Positions 1 through 6,059 of a DNA stretch of 6,740 nt are shown in pieces. The notes beneath the pieces were generated by a model. That model was not told the DNA's origin, did no database searches, and saw only the letters and a list, made by a program, of their open reading frames with translations. The stretch is from an uncultured Gammaproteobacteria bacterium (GTDB lineage: Bacteria > Patescibacteriota > Microgenomatia > Daviesbacterales > UBA10151): contig CAZFVS010000010.1 in the NCBI GenBank assembly GCA_964522265.1, forward strand, positions 1 through 6,740. The letters run 5' to 3'. Each line of letters starts with the position of its first letter. Positions within the stretch are counted from its first letter, which is position 1. The translations under genes were made by a program, and so were the position numbers.

Positions 1-781
1 CCAGATCCTGGACTTCCAGCTTATAGCCCACTATATCAGATATTATCCTAACTACATCAATTACCTTTGTCCCACGCTCGCTTCCAACATTAAAGACATG
101 AAAACCTCCAAGTTTAAGAGGGGCTATATGTGCCCTGGCTAAATCCTCAATATAGATAAAATCCCTAACCTGTTCACCTTTCCAATAAAGAGGAAGCGGT
201 TTATGCTTCAGGGCTGCTTTGATAAATTTTGGGATAGCATGAGTTTCAGGATCATGGCTTTCCCAAATCCCATAAGGGTTAAAATAACGCAAAATGACAA
301 CATCAAATTTATACAAATAATTATAGTATGTCAGAAAACTTTCTATAGAAATCTTAGTTGCACCATAAGGGCTGGTAGCCTGAATTTTGGCATCCTCCTG
401 TAAAGGCAGCTTGTCCGGAAAACCGTACACCGTACAGCTTGAAGAGAAAACTACTTTTTTGACACCAGTGTCCTTCATTGCCTCAAATAGAGTTACACTT
501 CCAATTATATTATTGTCCACATAAAACAGCGGTTTCTCTACAGACTCGTCAACAGCTGTTGAACCGGCCATATGTATCACACCATCCATGCCTCTGAGAC
601 TTTTTTTGAGTAATTTTGCATCCCTAATATCACCTTGTATAAATTGCGCCCGTCTGTCACAATATTTCTTGGTGGATTTGGATAAATTATCATAAAGCAC
701 TACCTGGTCACCCTTGTCCAAAAGAAGTTTGGAAATGTGGGAGCCTATAAAACCAGCACCGCCTGTGATTAAAATTCTCAT
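1..781 (-). CDS. galE: NAD-dependent epimerase/dehydratase, UDP-glucose 4-epimerase (GalE)-like. N-terminal 260 aa only; the 3' end lies beyond the left window edge.
   Basis: Hand translation of the reverse complement from the ATG at 781..779 gives MRILITGGAGFIGSHISKLLLDKGDQVVLYDNL...GDIRD...VIHMAGSTAVDESVEKPLFYVDNNIIGSVTLFEAMKDTGVKKVVFSSSCTVYGFPDKLPLQED...SPYGATKISIE...VVILRYFNPYG...VRDFIYIEDLARAH..., with no stop down to position 2. It shows a Rossmann GGAGFIGS motif, an SSS-x-TVYG catalytic Ser region, a YGxxK (YxxxK) catalytic pair and LRYFNP, all typical of GalE-type extended SDRs. It is not in the ORF track because it is open at the window edge. Substrate specificity (UDP-Glc versus UDP-GlcNAc or another sugar nucleotide) cannot be fixed from sequence alone. 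Confidence 0.85.
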   Translation of the reverse strand, partial: MRILITGGAGFIGSHISKLLLDKGDQVVLYDNLSKSTKKYCDRRAQFIQGDIRDAKLLKKSLRGMDGVIHMAGSTAVDESVEKPLFYVDNNIIGSVTLFEAMKDTGVKKVVFSSSCTVYGFPDKLPLQEDAKIQATSPYGATKISIESFLTYYNYLYKFDVVILRYFNPYGIWESHDPETHAIPKFIKAALKHKPLPLYWKGEQVRDFIYIEDLARAHIAPLKLGGFHVFNVGSERGTKVIDVVRIISDIVGYKLEVQDL

Positions 782-872
782 AATTCAAAAATCAAAGGTC
801 AAAATCAAAAATTAATTTTCAAACTTTTAAATTTTAACTTGTACTTTTGGTTTTTGCCTTTTGACTTTTTCC
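782..872. repeat. 91-nt low-complexity intergenic spacer of short A-tracts and T-tracts with imperfect dyad symmetry (arms about 787..811 and 844..870).
   Basis: The plus strand reads aaaaatcaaaggtcaaaatcaaaaa (787..811) ... cttttggtttttgccttttgacttttt (844..870). The reverse complement of the left arm aligns to the right arm at roughly 21 of 27 positions with small indels. The centre (812..843) is built of TTTTCAAA / TTTTAAA / TTTTAAC units. It sits between the mreB stop (873..875) and the epimerase start (781). Confidence 0.5.
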
Positions 873-1889
873 TTAGCGTTTACTTACTGATCGTTTGTAT
901 AGATCCAAGTTCTCCAGTGCCATACCTGTACCTAAAACCACAGACATCAGCGGATTTTCCGCTGTGTGGCAAGGTACACCAGTTGAAGCAGTCATCAATT
1001 TATCCAGGTTGGTTAACATCGATGTCCCTCCGGACATAACTATTCCCTTGTCTATTATATCAGAGGCAAGTTCCGGCGGAGTCTGCTCCAATACAGCTTT
1101 AACTGCTCCTATGATTTTTTTCAAAGTCTCCTCTATTGCCTGAGTGATCTCATCTGAATACAAAACAATGGTTTTTGGCAGACCGGTGGTGCTATCACGG
1201 CCTCTTGCCTCCATCTGTTTTAAATCAGAAGCGGAAGATGGCAGGGCATTACCAATCTGCATCTTGATAATTTCAGACTGATGCTCCCCAATGATCAGAC
1301 CGTATTTTTTGCGGACGTAAAAGGCGATAGCTTCATCAATTTTATTGCCTCCAACCCTGACGCTGTTGTGCACCACTACTCCACCCAGACAAATCACTGC
1401 TGCCTCCGTCGTCCCTCCGCCAATATCTACTATCATGTTGCCTGAAGGATTGGCGATTGGAATATTTGAACCAATAGCTGCAGCCAGCGGCTCATCTATC
1501 AAATAAGCGATCTTAGCACCGGCTGAAAGAGTTGCGTCCATCACTGCCCGCCTTTCTACCGAGGTAACTCCAGCAGGTACACAAACCATCACTTCAGGTT
1601 TAAAAAGCCTGCTTGAGCCGCAAATCTTATCGATAAAATAACGAATCATTGCCTCGGTAATAACGTAATCTGCTATCACCCCGTCCCGCATCGGTCTTGT
1701 GGCAGCGATATTACCTGGTGTCCTACCCAACATTTCTTTAGCCTCACTCCCAACTGCTAAAACCCTATTATCTATAGTTGAAACTGCTACGACTGTCGGC
1801 TCATTCATCACTATCCCCTCGCCTAAAACGTAAACCAGGGAATTTGCAGTACCAAGATCTATTCCTATCTTTTTACTAAAGTTAAACAA
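873..1889 (-). CDS. mreB: Rod-shape-determining actin homologue MreB. The start is most likely the TTG at 1889; alternative ATG starts are at 1928 and 1925, and the track's 2000 start is an over-extension.
   Basis: The translation contains IGIDLGTANSLVYV, NEPTVVAV, MLGRTPGNIAATRPMRDGVIADY, VCVPAGVTSVERRAV, IDEPLAAAIG, MIVDIGGGTTEAAVI, VRVGGNKIDEAI and EQTPPELASDIIDKGIVMSGGTSMLTNLDKLM. These are near-collinear with E. coli and B. subtilis MreB. A strong SD (AGAGGAGG, 1907..1900) lies 10 nt upstream of the in-frame TTG at 1889 and gives the N-terminus MFNFSKKIGIDLGT and a 338-aa product, typical for MreB. Stop is TAA at 875..873. Confidence 0.95.
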   Translation of the reverse strand: MFNFSKKIGIDLGTANSLVYVLGEGIVMNEPTVVAVSTIDNRVLAVGSEAKEMLGRTPGNIAATRPMRDGVIADYVITEAMIRYFIDKICGSSRLFKPEVMVCVPAGVTSVERRAVMDATLSAGAKIAYLIDEPLAAAIGSNIPIANPSGNMIVDIGGGTTEAAVICLGGVVVHNSVRVGGNKIDEAIAFYVRKKYGLIIGEHQSEIIKMQIGNALPSSASDLKQMEARGRDSTTGLPKTIVLYSDEITQAIEETLKKIIGAVKAVLEQTPPELASDIIDKGIVMSGGTSMLTNLDKLMTASTGVPCHTAENPLMSVVLGTGMALENLDLYKRSVSKR

Positions 1890-1899
1890 TCGGAGCAAA

Positions 1900-1907
1900 C
1901 CTCCTCT
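1900..1907 (-). promoter_or_regulatory. Shine-Dalgarno sequence (AGAGGAGG) for mreB.
   Basis: The minus strand reads AAAAGAGAGGAGGTTTGCTCCGATTG. The GGAGG core ends 10 nt before the in-frame TTG at 1889. It is the only strong SD I can see upstream of any gene in the window. Confidence 0.7.
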
Positions 1908-1946
1908 CTTTTGGATGCGAAGCATCATAAAAAGTTTGCGAGATCG

Positions 1947-1972
1947 CTTGCCCCGCCGATGGCGGGGACAAG
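1947..1972 (-). promoter_or_regulatory. GC-rich stem-loop in the argS-mreB spacer, either a leader structure or a non-canonical terminator.
   Basis: The minus strand reads CTTGT-CCCCGCC-ATC-GGCGGGG-CAAG. This gives a 7-bp all-GC stem plus a 4-bp extension with one bulge and a 3-nt loop. It stands out against AT-rich surroundings. The nearest T-run (TTTTT, 1933..1929) begins 14 nt after the stem, so this is not a textbook intrinsic terminator. Confidence 0.55.
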
Positions 1973-2017
1973 GGAAGCGGTAACATGAAGAGCATCTCAA
2001 ATGTTATCACGCTACCC

Positions 2018-2047
2018 ACTATACATTAACAGAAGAATCGGTCACAA
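2018..2047 (-). promoter_or_regulatory. Putative sigma70-type promoter for mreB (TTGTGA-N18-TATAGT).
   Basis: The minus strand reads TTGTGA (2047..2042), then an 18-nt spacer, then TATAGT (2023..2018), just downstream of the argS stop. This is a pattern match only, and AT-rich DNA produces many such matches. Confidence 0.3.
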
Positions 2048-2072
2048 GATATACAAAAAAGATCAAAGGAAA

Positions 2073-3806
2073 TCACATCTTTTCTACTGTCTCTATCCCC
2101 AAAAGATATAAACCAAGTTTTAAGGTTTCACCAACTTTTTTGCTAAGTTCCAACCTAAAAGTCTCTTCTTTCGAATACAAAACAGGATATCTCTCGTAAA
2201 ACAGGTTAAAGGCTTTGGCCAGATTCAGAGAATACTCAGCAAGCCTGCTTGGGTGGAAGTTTTCAGCTGCCTCCCCTGATATATACTCAAAATAATCCAG
2301 TATTCTGAATACTTCCCGTTCCTCCAACTCAAGTTTGAATGACACAGAATCACTCTGTGCACCAGAATTCCGGAGTTTCAGGTTATCTAATTTTACTGAA
2401 TCCGCCTTTCCCAAAAGCGAGCTGATCCTTGCATAAGTATACATAAGATATGGCCCGCTGTCTCCTTGAAGCGAGATTGACTGTTTAATGTCAAACGCTA
2501 TGTCTGAGTTTAGTGAATACTTCAGGAATGAGAACTTAACAGCCCCAATGGCTATCTTTTCAATATTTTTCATAATAGTGTACGCTCGTACATTGTTTTG
2601 GTATTGGGGAAAATTTTGTTTAATAGCTTCTTTTACGGAGTCAATTAATTCCTCTGCTCCCACTACATTCCCAAGCCTGGATGACATCTTTCCTGTAGTT
2701 AGAGTAACAAAACCATGGGGCAGATGTTTTTTCCGACCTGCCATCCTTGGTTCAACCTGTTCTATCGCTTGAATAACAACCTTGAAATATTCTGACTGTT
2801 CATTTGCTACAACATGGATTGCTAAATCAAACGGGAACAGGCTCTCTTCTTTGAAAGTCACCCCAATCTCTTTAGCTTCATAAGTTGGGTTGCCTACAGA
2901 ATTGATAAACACCCGGTTATGGAGGCCATATTTTTCCCCCGGAAAAATTACTGCCCCATCATCTTTTAAAAATACTTTGTCCAGGTTCTGCTCAACAATT
3001 TTTTTACCTTCTTCTTCAACTTCCGATTCCCAAACATATGCATCAAATTCTGTACCCATTCTGCTGTAAATAGAATCAAAATATGCAGCACTCCATTTTT
3101 TGGTCTCTTTCCAAAGCGGCATGAATTTAGGATCTTTTTTGTAGAGTGACCTGTTGATAGTGTCAATCTCCTCTTTAGATTCGGAACTATCTTCGTACAA
3201 TTTAACCCCCAATTCATATGCTTTACCCAAAAACTCTGCTTTCTCCCTCAGAGAGGCTTTTTTTGCTTTGTCAAAATCCTCTTTAAGTTTTAGTGTTCCC
3301 CAAATAGCCTTAGCTACAGCAGGACCTATATCAGAAGTATAGGTAACCCGGAAAAGCTCATTACCCTGAAATTGCAAAAGCCTGCTGATAGCCTCTCCTG
3401 TAATAATATTTCGAAGGTGTCCTATATGAAATACTTTATGGGTATTGGGACTGGCATATTCGACCAAAATCTTCTTCTTGAATTGATTGTTCGAGGGGGG
3501 ACGAGAAGAATACAACATCTCAACTAAACTTTTATCCTTTAAAAAAAAATTTACAAATCCTGCACCCGCAACTTCTATCCTCTCCAAATATTGCGGATGT
3601 CCAAACCTTTTTAAGATTTCACTGGCAATATCATGGGGAGATTGATAATTTTTTTGGGATTTTTGTTTAGCAAGCTGCAATGCTATATTCGTGGTATAGT
3701 CTCCAAATTTCGGATTCTCTGGAATACTACAAACTATACCATGACTAACAAACCCCAAGTCTGTTATAGCTGTTTTTAAATCCTGCTCAATCCTTTTTTT
3801 CCACAT
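2073..3806 (-). CDS. argS: Arginyl-tRNA synthetase (class I aaRS).
   Basis: 577 aa. The N-terminal Arg-tRNA-synthetase additional domain has GDYTTNIALQLAK. The class I HIGH motif is HIGH at 3428..3417 (VFHIGHLRN). A KMSKS-equivalent GKMSSRLGNVV is present. A C-terminal anticodon-binding (DALR-type) region ends in ...VEKM, matching the terminal Met characteristic of ArgRS. Start is ATG at 3806 and stop is TGA at 2075..2073. Confidence 0.97.
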   Translation of the reverse strand: MWKKRIEQDLKTAITDLGFVSHGIVCSIPENPKFGDYTTNIALQLAKQKSQKNYQSPHDIASEILKRFGHPQYLERIEVAGAGFVNFFLKDKSLVEMLYSSRPPSNNQFKKKILVEYASPNTHKVFHIGHLRNIITGEAISRLLQFQGNELFRVTYTSDIGPAVAKAIWGTLKLKEDFDKAKKASLREKAEFLGKAYELGVKLYEDSSESKEEIDTINRSLYKKDPKFMPLWKETKKWSAAYFDSIYSRMGTEFDAYVWESEVEEEGKKIVEQNLDKVFLKDDGAVIFPGEKYGLHNRVFINSVGNPTYEAKEIGVTFKEESLFPFDLAIHVVANEQSEYFKVVIQAIEQVEPRMAGRKKHLPHGFVTLTTGKMSSRLGNVVGAEELIDSVKEAIKQNFPQYQNNVRAYTIMKNIEKIAIGAVKFSFLKYSLNSDIAFDIKQSISLQGDSGPYLMYTYARISSLLGKADSVKLDNLKLRNSGAQSDSVSFKLELEEREVFRILDYFEYISGEAAENFHPSRLAEYSLNLAKAFNLFYERYPVLYSKEETFRLELSKKVGETLKLGLYLLGIETVEKM

Positions 3807-3818
3807 ATTTTTGGGGGG

Positions 3819-5252
3819 TTAATTGGCGAATTTGTCTGCCAGAAGCTGCAGCAGTTCAGTCCTTTTGCCATCCAACCCTAATGACCAGATACCCACCCCA
3901 AGAAGCTTCTTCTGGTTGATAAAGTCATATTTCACCGCCAGCGATCTTGTATTTTCAAAATGTACTTCCCTTAACTGTTTTGTCTGCGGATCGGTATAAG
4001 TATACCATGGTGTCTGAGCATTATCATTCCAATTAATCTGGGCATTTCTGTTACTATCGACAATTTCAGCATATGAATAGATCTTAACATCTGTTGTACC
4101 TCCAACCGCCTGGCTGCTTTGCGGGTTTTGGATCACCGGCCAATCATACCCATAATACGGTACTGCTAAAATCAGCTTGTCCGGGGGTACTTTTTCCAAA
4201 TAACTATTCATAAACCCGGAGAGATTAATTCCAGCACCCTCCATCGGGGCAATTGGACCAGCGGATAAAGAATCAGGGGTATGAAAATCATATCCCATTA
4301 TTACCAACCCATCGCTATTTTTAGCCAAAATCTCTACATCATGTATCCGGGTAGCTGAAGCTGCATCCACAAATGTGTCAATAGTCAATTTGGCCTTTGG
4401 GTATTGCCTCTTCATCTCTTTGTTTAAGGCAGTGACCAGAACCGAAAATCCATCAGTAACTTTTTGGTCAGGTTCTCCTATATATTCGAAGTCGATATTA
4501 AGACCATCCAGGGATTTAGAGTTCATCAGGAATAGAGCATTACTGACAAAGTTTTCTATCGCCTTAGGGTTTGTCACCAACTTCACAATATTTGATTGAT
4601 CAAAACATTTTAAAGTAACAAAGATTTTAGTCCGATTCCTCCTGGCTTTTTTGATAAATTGGTCGAGTTTGGGGTCGGATTGAAACGTCAACCATGGCTC
4701 GATAATATTACCCGACGCATCGAACTTGACAATATTTCCATCACCGTCTACCTCAAGCCCAAAATAGCTTATAGCTGTAAACAGATTGACATTTATTTCA
4801 TCACTTTTGCTGACAACCCAATAAGGCAGGAAACCGAATACCTCTTTTTTTAACTGACCATTAACTGTTAGTTTCAAACCATCGGAGGGGATGCTAAATG
4901 TTTTATCCAAATCTAAACCCTGCCCTGTAATAAAGATATGCTGGACTGATTTATCAATAGGGTTTTTAGGTTTCGCGATCGGACGGGTGGATGAAGATGG
5001 ACTAGCTTGTGCCTGTTTATCCTGCCTGCCTAAAAATTTTCTTAAATCAGACCCGAACAATAGAATAGCAATCAGAATCCCTATAAAAATTATTACCACC
5101 AGTAGGTTCAGCCCTATTGCTATTGATATGATCTTCTCCAAAAATTTAATCTTCTGATCCTGGTCAGGAGTTTTTGGTGCATTATTTGGGATATTCACCG
5201 GGATAGATTGAGGGTTGTATGGGACTGGTTGAGGTATCTGCTGCTGATCCAT
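3819..5252 (-). CDS. Membrane-anchored glycoside hydrolase family 18 protein (YaaH/YdhD-like, COG3858-type; peptidoglycan or chitin-type glycan hydrolase).
   Basis: GH18 signature blocks are VFGFLPYW, ISYFG, LDGLNIDFEY (catalytic D-x-x-N-x-D-x-E, 4508..4485; Glu and the adjacent Asp are retained), VIMGYDFH, LAVPYYGYDW and GVGIWSLGLDG. One long hydrophobic helix (IISIAIGLNLLVVIIFIGILIAILLFG) follows a Pro/Gln-rich N-terminal tail. I place the start at the ATG at 5252 (MDQQQIPQ...), 4 nt after the upstream gene's stop. The track start at 5342 would overlap the upstream CDS out of frame by 86 nt. Stop is TAA at 3821..3819. Confidence 0.88.
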   Translation of the reverse strand: MDQQQIPQPVPYNPQSIPVNIPNNAPKTPDQDQKIKFLEKIISIAIGLNLLVVIIFIGILIAILLFGSDLRKFLGRQDKQAQASPSSSTRPIAKPKNPIDKSVQHIFITGQGLDLDKTFSIPSDGLKLTVNGQLKKEVFGFLPYWVVSKSDEINVNLFTAISYFGLEVDGDGNIVKFDASGNIIEPWLTFQSDPKLDQFIKKARRNRTKIFVTLKCFDQSNIVKLVTNPKAIENFVSNALFLMNSKSLDGLNIDFEYIGEPDQKVTDGFSVLVTALNKEMKRQYPKAKLTIDTFVDAASATRIHDVEILAKNSDGLVIMGYDFHTPDSLSAGPIAPMEGAGINLSGFMNSYLEKVPPDKLILAVPYYGYDWPVIQNPQSSQAVGGTTDVKIYSYAEIVDSNRNAQINWNDNAQTPWYTYTDPQTKQLREVHFENTRSLAVKYDFINQKKLLGVGIWSLGLDGKRTELLQLLADKFAN

Positions 5253-5256
5253 AGTT

Positions 5257-6024
5257 TTAAATAGGTATAAAAATGCTTTCTTGTTTGGAAAAACTGTACT
5301 CATTGCTGCAAAAGAGGGCATATCCATAAATCTTTTTCTCATTTATTGATAACTCTTCAGATACCTGGAAATTCAGGCTGTTTTTATAATTTTTATTGAT
5401 CGAACCCGATGCTACACAAATTGAATATGGTGTGGTGGTGTTTAGGCTAGACCAGTTTATATTTATTTTATCCCCCAGCGCTACCTCGCGCGGAAAGGTT
5501 AAATATTTTTGCCCATTGATAATTACCTCAAAATTGACTATATAAGGAGCCAGTATCTGCTTTTGGGCTCCAACATTAATAGTCACCGCATCGCTCCCCA
5601 GCATCCCTTGGGAATTTGAACATATTATTGTGTAAACATACGGATTATTTTTATCAAGCGGCCGGAGCTCAAAACTACCCCCTTTGGGGTTTTTGGGTCC
5701 ATCCCAAGTCTGGTCAGTTGACGAAATACCCCAGCTTTTTCCAACACAATCCGTTGTATTTTCAGGTGTATTCCAAATTAAGGATATACCCTGCTCCTTT
5801 TGGGCTACATTCAATATCCCATCATTCATCTTATTTTTATAAAAGATTTTTAACCCCACCCTCTGTGTAGCTTCAATTTCTTGAGCTTGAGAACGGGGTT
5901 TTGGGAAAAAGAGCTGGAATATTGCATCTTTAAATGACAGCGTCGAGGAAATGATCAGGAAGAGAACCAGCCCTGAGGATGCAACCAGTAGAAATATATT
6001 TGAGGGATATTTTGTATTATTCAT
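5257..6024 (-). CDS. Hypothetical membrane-anchored or secreted protein with two tandem diverged Cys-pair beta-rich modules (predicted Ig-like; no family assigned).
   Basis: 255-aa ORF with an ATG start at 6024. The N-terminal hydrophobic segment (residues about 10-29, IFLLVASSGLVLFLIISSTL) is a signal anchor or signal peptide. An internal duplication is visible: ISLIWNTPENTTDCVGKSWG...PYVYTIICSNSQG...DAVTINV versus ININWSSLNTTTPYSICVASGS...IYGYALFCSNEYS...ESIFIPI. It is co-directional and tightly packed with its neighbours (35 nt after comEC, 4 nt before GH18). Confidence 0.75.
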   Translation of the reverse strand: MNNTKYPSNIFLLVASSGLVLFLIISSTLSFKDAIFQLFFPKPRSQAQEIEATQRVGLKIFYKNKMNDGILNVAQKEQGISLIWNTPENTTDCVGKSWGISSTDQTWDGPKNPKGGSFELRPLDKNNPYVYTIICSNSQGMLGSDAVTINVGAQKQILAPYIVNFEVIINGQKYLTFPREVALGDKININWSSLNTTTPYSICVASGSINKNYKNSLNFQVSEELSINEKKIYGYALFCSNEYSFSKQESIFIPI

Positions 6025-6059
6025 CCTTTATCTATTATGAAAGCATACCGGAGCTAATG

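Noticed and set aside
895-1143. Plus-strand ORFs in the track: 203..403, 839..1039, 895..1143, 2488..2772, 3154..3342, 4375..4599, 4659..4853, 4891..5157 and 5616..5870.
   Set aside because: Each lies fully or largely antisense to a minus-strand gene with strong family-level similarity. They are short (62-94 aa), low-complexity or hydrophobic, with no recognisable motifs and no start-site signals. These are typical shadow ORFs.
1947-1972. GC-rich hairpin read as a canonical rho-independent terminator of argS.
   Set aside because: The T-run is separated from the stem by 14 nt, and the hairpin lies downstream of the best promoter-like match. I kept it as a stem-loop of unresolved role rather than calling it a terminator.
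1890-2000. N-terminal extension of the MreB ORF (MRCSSCYRFPCPRHRRGKRSRKLFMMLRIQKRGGLLR).
   Set aside because: It begins at a TTG with no RBS and translates the GC-rich hairpin region. It has no counterpart in MreB proteins and would place the strong SD inside the coding sequence. I treat it as 5' leader.
2073-2075. Possible alternative genetic code (UGA read as an amino acid, as in some candidate-phylum lineages).
   Set aside because: argS stops at TGA immediately after the family-typical C-terminal Met, and comEC also closes at TGA. All six genes are uninterrupted under the standard bacterial code, so there is no sign of reassignment.
2966-3217. Same-strand alternative-frame ORFs inside argS (2966..3217) and inside comEC (6358..6540).
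   Set aside because: They are embedded out of frame in confidently identified genes. Their Lys/Arg-rich or random composition suggests frame-shifted reading of real coding sequence, not overprinted genes.
3541-3549. A9 homopolymer (T9 on the coding strand) inside argS as a possible slippage or phase-variation site.
   Set aside because: It encodes an in-frame N-F-F-L-K segment of an essential, intact gene. Homopolymers of this length are expected in AT-rich genomes, and there is no evidence of frameshift.
5257-5342. A genuine 86-nt dual-coding overlap between the unknown protein and the GH18 gene.
   Set aside because: The overlap region encodes the final module-B strand of the upstream protein, which mirrors the end of module A. 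The candidate extension (MRKRFMDMPSFAAMSTVFPNKKAFLYLFKT) has no GH18-related or signal-like features. The ATG at 5252, 4 nt past the stop, is the simpler model, though this is unproven.
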